A DNA stretch of 64,000 nt from a virus. Location: the IMG/VR virus record IMGVR_UViG_3300033566_000060, positions 1-64,000 of that record. One strand, 5' to 3'. Both the position numbers and the translations under genes were made by a program. Positions within the stretch are counted from its first letter, which is position 1, and every line of letters starts with the position of its first letter. The notes under the pieces are model-generated. The model did no database searches and had not been told where the DNA came from. It saw only the letters and a list, made by a program, of their open reading frames with translations. This document shows positions 16,513 through 24,389 of this stretch, in pieces.

Positions 16513-16950
16513 ATGACAATAAACATTGATTTTGATGGAACTTGTGTTACTCACGATTTCCCAAACGTAGGAAAAAGTATTGGTGCTGAAAAAGTGCTAA
16601 AAAGATTAGTAGATAATGGACATCATTTGATATTATTTACAATGCGTTCTGATAGAAAAGAGGCAAAACCTGTAATTGACCCAACAATACAAAATGTAAC
16701 AGGTAAATTCTTAACAGAAGCGGTTGAATGGTTTAATAGAAATGATATTAAACTTTACGGAATACAGAAAAATCCAACACAATTAAATTGGACTACTTCG
16801 CCAAAAAGCTATGCTGAATTAATGATTGATGATAGTGCATTAGGTTGTCCGTTAAGATTTGATGCAGAAGTTTCAGAAAGACCATTTGCTTGTTGGGAAA
16901 CAATTGAGCAGTATCTGGAGAATATGGGTTGTTTTAAAACGCAATCGTAA
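16513..16950 (+). CDS. HAD-superfamily phosphatase-like protein (cassette 2 cargo)
   Basis: N-terminal DFDGT (DxDxT) motif. Boxed by GTTATGTGAGGTTG (16478-16491) and CAATCTCACATAAC (16951-16964). Start taken at ATG 16513, downstream of the box. Confidence 0.6.
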   Translation: MTINIDFDGTCVTHDFPNVGKSIGAEKVLKRLVDNGHHLILFTMRSDRKEAKPVIDPTIQNVTGKFLTEAVEWFNRNDIKLYGIQKNPTQLNWTTSPKSYAELMIDDSALGCPLRFDAEVSERPFACWETIEQYLENMGCFKTQS

Positions 16951-16960
16951 CAATCTCACA

Positions 16961-17076
16961 TAACGTTACCTCGCTTGGCTTAGTGCCGAGTTATGAAAAC
17001 AATAATTTATAATTTAAAATAAACGTGATGAAAAACGATATAAACGAAAATAAGGCATTGAGCCAAACGAGTGTTA
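16961..17076 (+). repeat. attC-like imperfect hairpin element H2, 116 bp
   Basis: TAAC plus GTTAC spacer. Stem 16970-16987 pairs with 17054-17071, with C16974 opposite A17067. The loop holds the GTG/ATG at 17025/17028. The arms resemble those of the minus-array element at 5538-5665. Confidence 0.85.
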
Positions 17077-17360
17077 GGCGTTGTTTTGCTAATTCATTGC
17101 CTTTTTACGAATACCCAATTCCAGAAGAAAACAGAATTAAAAAATTATTTTCTGAATTTGAAATTAGAGAAATTGGTATTAAAAAAGTTACCGATAGAAT
17201 TCGTAAAGAAATGGGTGCGAAATTTAATTGCAATAGAGTTGAAGTTGATTGGATTACTTCTGAATTAAAAAAACCAACCAAAGATACTTTAAAGGCAATT
17301 GAATGGTTTGACGATTATAGATTTCCTAATAAAGTTAGACGTCTTGAAAATAACGCCTAA
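17028..17360 (+). CDS. hypothetical protein (cassette 3 cargo)
   Basis: Boxed by GTTAGGCGTTGTTT (17073-17086) and AAATAACGCCTAAC (17348-17361). The stop codon is inside the 3' box and the start is inside the H2 loop. Leader NKALSQTSV parallels NKALNKTDV of ORF 5329..5586. Confidence 0.7.
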   Translation: MKNDINENKALSQTSVRRCFANSLPFYEYPIPEENRIKKLFSEFEIREIGIKKVTDRIRKEMGAKFNCNRVEVDWITSELKKPTKDTLKAIEWFDDYRFPNKVRRLENNA

Positions 17361-17486
17361 CGTTCGAGTGCTTGCAGAAGTTAGGGAAAAGTAAGTACTA
17401 ATTTTCGATTAAAAAACTAATAATAACAAACACAAACCAAGCCATCAAGTAAAGCCTAAAACCCTAATTTTTGCAAACACTTGTTA
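17358..17486 (+). repeat. attC-like imperfect hairpin element H3, 129 bp
   Basis: Stem 17366-17386 pairs with 17462-17482 (21 bp, several G:T pairs, C17371 opposite A17477). 75-nt loop. Ends in GTTA 17483-17486. Confidence 0.85.
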
Positions 17487-17508
17487 TGTGCTGTTAATTT
17501 ATCTACAA

Positions 17509-17739
17509 ATGAAAATAGTAAAAATTGAATTAAAAGACAGTATTTTTTATGTTACCAAAAAGCCTAATCTTTTAGAAAAAATATTTGGCAAAAAAGAAAA
17601 AGTTGAAAGATATAGAACAAACAACGATGTATTTCACTATTTCAATCACGTAACTGTTTTTTACAAAGAAGATGGTTCTATTGTTTCTATTAGCAATAAA
17701 ATGTGTGATGTTCTTAATAACTACTTACGTTCTTTTTAA
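17509..17739 (+). CDS. hypothetical protein (cassette 4 cargo)
   Basis: Boxed by GTTATGTGCTGTTA (17483-17496) and TAATAGCACATAAC (17737-17750). ATG 17509 chosen because the track GTG at 17488 lies inside the box. Confidence 0.65.
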   Translation: MKIVKIELKDSIFYVTKKPNLLEKIFGKKEKVERYRTNNDVFHYFNHVTVFYKEDGSIVSISNKMCDVLNNYLRSF

Positions 17740-17746
17740 TAGCACA

Positions 17747-17874
17747 TAACGTTCCGCAACTACACGTCTGTTGCGTAAAAGAACAAAACCATCTTTCAGT
17801 TTAACACGGATTTGAAAGGTACAAAACCAAATATAAATTAATCACAATGTAGCAATAGCGTGTAATTGCTGTTA
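17747..17874 (+). repeat. attC-like imperfect hairpin element H4, 128 bp
   Basis: Stem 17756-17766 pairs with 17859-17869, with C17760 opposite A17865. The loop shares ACAAAACCAAWTATAAATTAA with H1. Confidence 0.8.
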
Positions 17875-17889
17875 TAAGCAGAACGAGTT

Positions 17890-18291
17890 ATGAAAAATAA
17901 AATTTTTGTTTTAGAAGATTTAGATTTTTATTTACCTGATAGTTTTAAAGGAATGGGTAAGCAGTACTTATTAGATTGTATTTTTAACGATAAAATACAA
18001 CGTAAATGGTCGCCAAAAATAGGGGATGTTATGATTGGATGTACTGGAAATATATTTGTTGTTTCATCAGAACACAAACTCAAAGAAGTTTTAGGCGGAA
18101 ACTTATTCTTTTTTGGTGGAGGATTATGCAATAGAGATGGTGGATGTACTCTTAATGACACATATTCATTAACTATGAATAAAAGTGGAAAATGGATTCA
18201 ATACACTAAAGGAGGTTATGAAGAAACAAGCAATCCTTATCACAGTTCGTTTTCTGATTTCAGATATATTCCTTATCCACACGAATTGTAG
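17890..18291 (+). CDS. hypothetical protein (cassette 5 cargo)
   Basis: Boxed by GTTATAAGCAGAAC (17871-17884) and GTTTTGCTTATAAC (18291-18304). It has its own ATG 6 nt after the 5' box. Confidence 0.7.
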   Translation: MKNKIFVLEDLDFYLPDSFKGMGKQYLLDCIFNDKIQRKWSPKIGDVMIGCTGNIFVVSSEHKLKEVLGGNLFFFGGGLCNRDGGCTLNDTYSLTMNKSGKWIQYTKGGYEETSNPYHSSFSDFRYIPYPHEL

Positions 18292-18300
18292 TTTTGCTTA

Positions 18301-18356
18301 TAACGGCTATATGTACAAAACCTTCTAAACCATTAATAAAATAAACACTATACGCC
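18301..18356 (+). repeat. degenerate terminal hairpin abutting the recombinase start codon
   Basis: TAAC-GGCTATATG ... CACTATACGCC-ATG. Weak stem with bulges. The loop keeps the ACAAAACC motif of H1/H4. No GTTA box follows; the recombinase ATG takes its place. Confidence 0.5.
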
Positions 18357-19157
18357 ATGAAAAACTCAAACTTTGTACAAAAATATGAGAGAGATTTAAA
18401 AGTTAAAAACTACTCTCAGAATACTATTAAAAATTATGTTGCACAGATCAATATGTTTTTGGGCTATTTCAAAGAAAAGGATAGCCCGAAACATATCTCT
18501 TCAGACGACATAAAAAACTATCTTTTAACCGCCAAGGAAGTAAATAGTCAACGGCACATGCATTCGGCAATAAAACTGTTCTACAAGTTAACGGTACATC
18601 AGCCTAAAAAGTTTCAATTTATAGAGTATTCCAGGCGCGAAAAACGTTTGCCAAAAATAATCGATAAGGATTACATTATTCAACAGATTGGTAAAATTGA
18701 AAACGTAAAGCATAAAGCGATTATAACGCTTACTTTTTCCACCGGAATGCGTGTTTCAGAAGTATGCAATTTAAAAATAGAAAACATCGACAGCAAAAGA
18801 ATGTTGATTCTCATTAAAAACGCAAAAGGGAATAAGGACCGATATGTTCCTTTATCGCAAACAACACTGGAAACATTACGCATTTACTTCTTAGAATATC
18901 ACCCAAAAGAATATTTATTCAATGGCCAATTTGATTTACAGTATTCACACCGGAGCTGTAACCAGATTGTAAAGAAGTATCTCGGCAACGAATATCATTT
19001 TCACCAATTGAGGCATTCGAACGCTACCGCACTTCTGGAAGCCGGAACCGATTTGAGATATATACAGAAACATCTTGGACATTCGAACGTAAAGACAACA
19101 GAAATATATTGCCATGTATCAACCGCTATGCTTTCAAAATTAAATTTACCAATCTAA
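18357..19157 (+). CDS. small Xer/IntI-like tyrosine recombinase
   Basis: SAM-like N-terminal domain (YSQNTIKNYVAQINMFLGYF). Catalytic set: TGMRVSEV (R), GKGNKDRYVPL (K), HQLRHS (HxxR), GHSNVKTTEIYCHV (H...Y). At 266 aa it is shorter than canonical IntI. Confidence 0.85.
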   Translation: MKNSNFVQKYERDLKVKNYSQNTIKNYVAQINMFLGYFKEKDSPKHISSDDIKNYLLTAKEVNSQRHMHSAIKLFYKLTVHQPKKFQFIEYSRREKRLPKIIDKDYIIQQIGKIENVKHKAIITLTFSTGMRVSEVCNLKIENIDSKRMLILIKNAKGNKDRYVPLSQTTLETLRIYFLEYHPKEYLFNGQFDLQYSHRSCNQIVKKYLGNEYHFHQLRHSNATALLEAGTDLRYIQKHLGHSNVKTTEIYCHVSTAMLSKLNLPI

Positions 19158-19182
19158 TCAGTAAAATTCAATTTAAGAACCT

Positions 19183-20430
19183 ATGAATATCCGATATTAC
19201 ATAAGAGGCACCAAAGAGCTAAAAAACATTTATGTGCGTTTGGTTTCCAAAGGGATTGATGTTTCGGCTCCGGTGGGTATTTTCGTGCAAGAGTTTCAAT
19301 GGGATTCCAAAAAAGAGCTTTGCGATTCCAACCAAACCAACGCCAAATTGTACCAACTCAAAGCGGTATTGTTGGGCCGATACAACCAATCGTATGCCTC
19401 CGGAGAGGCCATCGATAAAAATTGGCTTTTGGAAACAATCAAATCGGTGTTCCAAAGACCGGCGCAAGAGGTGAAATTGGTATCGAAAGCACATACTATC
19501 TACCTGAGTGATTTTTGCAGTTTTTGGTTGCAGCAACACGCAAAGTCATGGAAAGTCTCGGCTTTGGAAACCATGGGAGAAACACTAAAAAAGCAATACG
19601 AGAATTTCGTGCTAATTTTGGAGGCTTACGAAAAATCGTTGGATAGCAAGATAAAACTAAAAGAAGCGGATTCCGACTTTATTTATGGGTTTGTGGGGTA
19701 TCTATCCAAAGAACAAAAGTTCTCACGGGAAACGGTAAAAAGAAGTGTAATCCGATTGAAATTCTTTTTAAAGCGCGCGGAAGAATTGCGTTTCGAGGTG
19801 AATAAGGATTATTTGAAACCGGTGTACCTTGAAAAACAACCCGAAATCCAGGACGTGTACCATAGCGAATCCGACATCCAAAAACTGTTCGCGTTGGATT
19901 TATCAGACGACTACAAAATGGAAGCCGCCAACGATAATATGATTATGACATGTTGGTTGGGATTACGTGTATCGGATTTTATGACGCGTTTCAATTTAGA
20001 CAGCATCAAAGACGGATATGTTTCCATCAAGACGCAAAAAACCGGATCATTCGTAGTTATTCCTTTGCACCCGATGGTAAAAGCGATATTAGCAAAACGT
20101 TTTGGACAACTCCCGCCTAAACTCTCGAATACGGAGTACAATTTACTGATAAAAAAGGTAGCGGAGAAAGCAGGACTTAACGAATTGGTGTACGGAAAGA
20201 AATACAACCCGGAAACGAACCGAAAGGAAATCGGATATTACAAAAAGTACGAATTGGTAACGAGTCACACTGGCCGAAAAAGTTTCGCAACAAACCTAAA
20301 AGGCAAGGTTCCGGACGATGTTATTATCAATTGTGCTGGCTGGACCTCACCTACGATGTTGGCTCATTACGACAAGAGAAACGGTAAACAATTTGCAGAA
20401 CAACTAAACGAATACTACAACGGAAAATAA
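19183..20430 (+). CDS. int: Bacteroidota phage-type tyrosine integrase
   Basis: 415 aa with an N-terminal arm-binding-like domain. Catalytic set: LGLRVSDF (R), SHTGRKS (HxxR), AGWTSPTMLAHYDK (W...Y). Confidence 0.85.
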   Translation: MNIRYYIRGTKELKNIYVRLVSKGIDVSAPVGIFVQEFQWDSKKELCDSNQTNAKLYQLKAVLLGRYNQSYASGEAIDKNWLLETIKSVFQRPAQEVKLVSKAHTIYLSDFCSFWLQQHAKSWKVSALETMGETLKKQYENFVLILEAYEKSLDSKIKLKEADSDFIYGFVGYLSKEQKFSRETVKRSVIRLKFFLKRAEELRFEVNKDYLKPVYLEKQPEIQDVYHSESDIQKLFALDLSDDYKMEAANDNMIMTCWLGLRVSDFMTRFNLDSIKDGYVSIKTQKTGSFVVIPLHPMVKAILAKRFGQLPPKLSNTEYNLLIKKVAEKAGLNELVYGKKYNPETNRKEIGYYKKYELVTSHTGRKSFATNLKGKVPDDVIINCAGWTSPTMLAHYDKRNGKQFAEQLNEYYNGK

Positions 20431-20454
20431 ATTTTGGTTTTAAAGAAAAATAAT

Positions 20455-20462
20455 TATCTTTG
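20455..20462 (+). promoter_or_regulatory. -7 promoter box TATCTTTG
   Basis: Perfect TAnnTTTG match 25 nt after the int stop. No ORF follows it. Confidence 0.45.
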
Positions 20463-20467
20463 TCTTA

Positions 20468-20570
20468 TCAATTCGGCTCGACACCTTATTGATTTAAGGT
20501 GAAGCTGTTTTGATGAAAGACACATTAACCCCTAATAAGAATCGTCGAGCCTTCTTGTTAGGGTTTTTGT
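20468..20570 (+). ncRNA. candidate ~100-nt small RNA (promoter to intrinsic terminator, no ORF)
   Basis: Closing helix GGCTCGAC (20475-20482) / GTCGAGCC (20544-20551). Inner hairpin ACCTTA-ttgatt-TAAGGT (20483-20500). Terminator CCCTAATAAGAA / TTCTTGTTAGGG plus TTTTT (20530-20568) overlaps the 3' strand of the closing helix. Confidence 0.4.
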
Positions 20571-20911
20571 TTTTGTCGTAAATCACGTTTGCGGAAACCT
20601 TTAAACTTCTTACAAAATGAATCGTTAGATTCGGGATGCTCGACAGGAAGTACCAGACTAAAGCACAATGGTAGAGCGAAGTTTTAAGACTTTAAAGTGT
20701 GCGAAAGTTGCTAACTTAAATAAAGTAGCTTACCTATTCGGGCGATGAAACTCAACGGAAGAAAGTAATAGTTCCCAATGGATTTAAGCTGTTTTTTAGC
20801 TTATTTCTGTTGGGATAATTATACCTACTAAACAATAAAATCTAACAAAAGAAAGTAACTTTATTTATAAGTATAATGAATAAAAAAACTTTATAAATAA
20901 TAATATAATAC

Positions 20912-20945
20912 AAAAAACCACTCCGATTAAGAGTGGTTTTTTTTT
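20912..20945. terminator. bidirectional terminator between convergent blocks
   Basis: A6-CCACTC-cgattaa-GAGTGG-T10. Confidence 0.7.
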
Positions 20946-21342
20946 AATGCTGTTTCACGAACCATTGCTTCCATGCATAGGTATTTGTTGGTTCAACCAA
21001 CTTGCTGCCTTTCTTACTGTATCGCTTCGGATTTTTAAACCCTTCCGGCTTGAATACGACTTGATGTACACAATAAACAGGGAATCCTAAAATATCAACG
21101 CCGGTCTGAAACTCAACAACGCGTTCTTCGTGTTTCTCAATTTCTATTTCTGCTTTCTTTGCATTAATTTCAAGATTTTTAACAAGCGTTGCTAAGTTGT
21201 TAATCGGTTTATCCAACCACGCCTCGTACAACGAGATTTTAATCTGCTCGGCAAATTTACGTCTTTCTGGATTGCGTTTTAGTGCCTGCTCGGTTAACCT
21301 GTCAATCAGTTCTTCGTATTCAGGAGTCTTTTTTTTCTTCAT
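20944..21342 (-). CDS. hypothetical protein
   Basis: 132-aa ORF, last gene of the leftward block, ending at the bidirectional terminator. Confidence 0.7.
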   Translation of the reverse strand: MKKKKTPEYEELIDRLTEQALKRNPERRKFAEQIKISLYEAWLDKPINNLATLVKNLEINAKKAEIEIEKHEERVVEFQTGVDILGFPVYCVHQVVFKPEGFKNPKRYSKKGSKLVEPTNTYAWKQWFVKQH

Positions 21343-21547
21343 CGTTGCTTAAAATTTCAGTGACTATATTAATTTGATTTTTAGTAAGCGTTGGCGGTAG
21401 TTGTCCTGTGGACCGGTGCATAATCAATGCCATGTCGATAATCTTGCGGTTGTCTCGTTTGAGAATTAAATCCCGAAGGTAGGTTTCTTTGATGGATTGG
21501 AAGGCGTTCGTGGCTTCTATCTCTTGTGCTGATATAATGTCTGCCAT
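21320..21547 (-). CDS. hypothetical protein
   Basis: 75-aa ORF, tightly packed and co-oriented with neighbours. Confidence 0.6.
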   Translation of the reverse strand: MADIISAQEIEATNAFQSIKETYLRDLILKRDNRKIIDMALIMHRSTGQLPPTLTKNQINIVTEILSNDEEKKDS

Positions 21548-21551
21548 AGCA

Positions 21552-21767
21552 TTATTGGTTGTAAAGTTTGGATAAATCGATGTTTAGTTTTTCAAAAATA
21601 ACAAAAAGATTGTCAATTCCCATATTTATCTTACTGTTTTCCAAATGGGAGATGTCTTTTTTAAGACTTTCGTTGCCGATGCACAGCATGGAAAGTTGGC
21701 GTATGGTTAGCCCGGCTTCCTTGCGTTTTTTCTTCACCAGTTCGGCGATTTGTTCTTTATGGCTCAT
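21552..21767 (-). CDS. XRE/Cro-type HTH regulator
   Basis: KKKRKEAGLTIRQLSMLCIGNESLKKDISHLENSK fits the XRE helix-turn-helix pattern. Confidence 0.65.
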   Translation of the reverse strand: MSHKEQIAELVKKKRKEAGLTIRQLSMLCIGNESLKKDISHLENSKINMGIDNLFVIFEKLNIDLSKLYNQ

Positions 21768-22026
21768 AATAGGAGAGTATTACATAAGTTATTAATAGTG
21801 CTTTCACGGTTAATAGCACAATAAAAATGGTTTTTGCTTGCTTGTCGGTTAGTCGGTGGCCAAAACTTTTAAATTTTCGGTCCAGATTTTTTATCATTCG
21901 AATCATGCTTTTGTGGTATTGGTTGGTTAAAAACGTCATCGTTCGGATCAATTGAGAAGTAGGCTTCCGGCAATTCACCTTCTTTGGGTAACAGACCGGA
22001 TAAAAGTCGTTTATTGTGTACGTCAA
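21757..22026 (-). CDS. hypothetical protein with C-terminal transmembrane helix
   Basis: 89 aa ending in IFIVLLTVKALLITYVILSYY. Confidence 0.5.
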   Translation of the reverse strand: MTYTINDFYPVCYPKKVNCRKPTSQLIRTMTFLTNQYHKSMIRMIKNLDRKFKSFGHRLTDKQAKTIFIVLLTVKALLITYVILSYYEP

Positions 22027-22297
22027 AAGAGTGAATTGCTGTCATAACTGATTAATTTGGGTTTAAGGTTTGTATTTGCTCTTGTGTCAGCCAATTATCT
22101 TCCGTTAATGGTTTAAAAGAAAACAGCATTTCGTCATAGGACGGCATCTGCTGAAAGGTTTTAAAGTTTTTTACAGAATAGCTTTTATCTAAATCTCGTG
22201 CCTAAAATTACCTACTCGTTCGTTCCTGAAAATTAAAAATACGGAAAGTCCGACTAAAACTGTGATTATTATTCTTAAAGTTTTCATGGTTAATGTT

Positions 22298-22501
22298 TTA
22301 AAGTTGAATAATTTCTTTTATTTCAAGCATTCTACCTTCGGCTTTCTCTTTAAAAAAATCGTCTGAGAATTCTTTTGCTATATCTTCCTGAGAAGTAAAT
22401 TGCTTTGCATTACTTATTCCAGAACTGAATCCAGCATCTATTCTGTAACTCCAATAATATTGCTTTGTGTCTGCGTCTTGTATTACCCAAAATGTTTTCA
22501 T
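22298..22501 (-). CDS. hypothetical protein
   Basis: 67-aa ORF in the co-oriented block. Confidence 0.55.
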   Translation of the reverse strand: MKTFWVIQDADTKQYYWSYRIDAGFSSGISNAKQFTSQEDIAKEFSDDFFKEKAEGRMLEIKEIIQL

Positions 22502-22505
22502 CGTT

Positions 22506-22691
22506 TTACTTTTTTAGGTTAGCTATAAATTCTTCGAGTGCCAATTGCTCGGCTATGGAATCGATTTTCACAACGGCTACTTTTACGAAAGCTATTGTAT
22601 AATCTTCGTCTTCCATTTGAATAGTCATTTCGTTTTCTGAAAAATCACCTCCAACGATTGTACCGTATTGGATTGGTTTAATTTGCGCCAT
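22506..22691 (-). CDS. hypothetical protein
   Basis: 61-aa ORF with 4-nt spacing to its neighbours. Confidence 0.55.
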   Translation of the reverse strand: MAQIKPIQYGTIVGGDFSENEMTIQMEDEDYTIAFVKVAVVKIDSIAEQLALEEFIANLKK

Positions 22692-22696
22692 GGTAT

Positions 22697-23488
22697 TTAC
22701 TTTTTAATTGTTCCTTCGATTGCTTTTTTGTCGTGGTTCCAGGCATCCACCAATTGTGAAATGACGGTGCGCTGTTCGGTTCGGGTGTCTTTTAAAAACG
22801 AAACAATCTTCTCGTACTCGAAAATTAGATCCAAATCAACCTCGGATTTGAATACCAATCGAAAATCTCGCTTTAAAACCGGCCTTAAATCATTCAATAC
22901 CTGATTAACAAATGCTTTCATCTTCACCTTGTCGTAGGTATGGACTTTGATGTTTGCCGTAAACTCTCGCAGAAAGATAAGATTCACCGTATAATCCAAT
23001 AAACGAAGGAAGTGTAATTGCTTTGTTGTGTATTTACTGCCTTCTGAATTCATCTCGGCTTTTTTAAGGCATTTTGTAGCGATTGACGACACTAACTTCG
23101 GATTGTCATTCCAAGCTCTTAAAATCTCGTTCAAAAGCTCTTTCTTTGGAATCTGTAATAAAGCGATGTGCCGTGTAAACAATTCCTCCTCGGATTGTAT
23201 CGCGTCCGTCTCGTTTTGTACGTCCTCAAAACCTTCTGCCGGATTTTCCATCGTATGTCTGTCTCTTCCCACAATGGGAACCACAAAATCATTTAGGTTG
23301 TTCATGGATTTTTTTAGCGACTGCTTGAAATAGCTCGTGCTTTTGATTAAATGAAAATTATCCACCACCAACGAATAATGCGTAATGGTATTTAAAATCT
23401 GGTTCAAATTTTCCGGGCTGTATTTCATCGCTTTGTGGATTTCGTTCACCGGTTGGAAATTGGTTTTGAAAATAGTTGCTTGTTTCAT
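22697..23488 (-). CDS. hypothetical protein
   Basis: 263-aa ORF. No motif recognised. Confidence 0.7.
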   Translation of the reverse strand: MKQATIFKTNFQPVNEIHKAMKYSPENLNQILNTITHYSLVVDNFHLIKSTSYFKQSLKKSMNNLNDFVVPIVGRDRHTMENPAEGFEDVQNETDAIQSEEELFTRHIALLQIPKKELLNEILRAWNDNPKLVSSIATKCLKKAEMNSEGSKYTTKQLHFLRLLDYTVNLIFLREFTANIKVHTYDKVKMKAFVNQVLNDLRPVLKRDFRLVFKSEVDLDLIFEYEKIVSFLKDTRTEQRTVISQLVDAWNHDKKAIEGTIKK

Positions 23489-23618
23489 GTTACTTTTTTT
23501 TTCGGTGTTCTAAATAAGATTCCAATACGGTAAAAATTATTACCATGATAAACATACTGACAAAGAAAAAGATTGCGGTATGGTTTTCTATTAAAACTAA
23601 AATATGTTTCATGTTTTC

Positions 23619-24389
23619 TTATTTTATTAGTCCGTGACGGGTTAAAAATCTGGTTACGCTTGGCTCGGAAACGTTGTATAGTCTTCCGATTGCAAATTTT
23701 GAATATCCCATTTTTATTAATTGCTGAATGTTGTCTTTGTGTTTTGCTTTTATTCTCGAATTTTGCTCGGCAATATCTGCAGTGTCTCTTCCTGTAAATT
23801 TAGAATCCTGTCTTTGGTTAAGTTCCTTTTGTGTCACCTCTTCCAAGTTATCGATGTTGTAATTTTCTGCATTTTTGTCTTTGTATGTGATACAATCTAT
23901 TTCTCCGTACTCTTTTTTTGAATGGTTCCCAAAATGCAGATAAACAAGTCTTGCAATTATATATCGGTCCCGATTTCTTAACGAATATTGATAAAACACA
24001 TTACCGTATTTGTTTTTCTTTGGCTGTGGCTTTAAAAAGCGGTAAAAATTCAAAGAATACAGCCGGCCATCTGGAAACAATATGTAATTTTCATCGAAAT
24101 ACAATTTTTTACCTCCTTGTGAAAGCATCTCGGACTCCGCTTTTTCTTTTTTGGCTTTGTATTTGGCTTGAAACAATCCAACTTTTGTTATTTTTATTGG
24201 AATTGTCATGTTCTCTTTTGGAATATTCACCTTTGCAGGTTTGAAAAAATCCTCTTCGGAATACAATCGCAATCGCTTTTTGAACTCGTCCTTACCTATA
24301 GCATTCATGGCTAAAACAGGAGTTTTAAATCCGATGTACTTGGCAAACTCCAATTGCTTTTCGTAGTCGTACTTGTTTTTTTTGCTCAT
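23619..24389 (-). CDS. NUMOD4/HNH_3-like homing-endonuclease-related protein with C-terminal HTH
   Basis: YILFPDGRLYSLN...YQYSLRN...IARLVYLHFGN, then IDCITYKDKNAENYNIDNLEEVT. The latter is HNH_3-like but has Y where the first catalytic H is expected. C-terminal HTH: KMGYSKFAIGRLYNVSEPSVTRFL. Confidence 0.5.
   Translation of the reverse strand: MSKKNKYDYEKQLEFAKYIGFKTPVLAMNAIGKDEFKKRLRLYSEEDFFKPAKVNIPKENMTIPIKITKVGLFQAKYKAKKEKAESEMLSQGGKKLYFDENYILFPDGRLYSLNFYRFLKPQPKKNKYGNVFYQYSLRNRDRYIIARLVYLHFGNHSKKEYGEIDCITYKDKNAENYNIDNLEEVTQKELNQRQDSKFTGRDTADIAEQNSRIKAKHKDNIQQLIKMGYSKFAIGRLYNVSEPSVTRFLTRHGLIK

Noticed and set aside
5221-18356. Is this a canonical (class 1-like or chromosomal) integron?
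   Set aside because: There is no divergent intI with an adjacent attI/Pc. The nearby recombinase is only 266 aa and is co-oriented downstream. The hairpins have 14-nt boxes and carry start codons. The arrays sit on both strands of a phage. It is therefore reported as integron-like and not as an integron.
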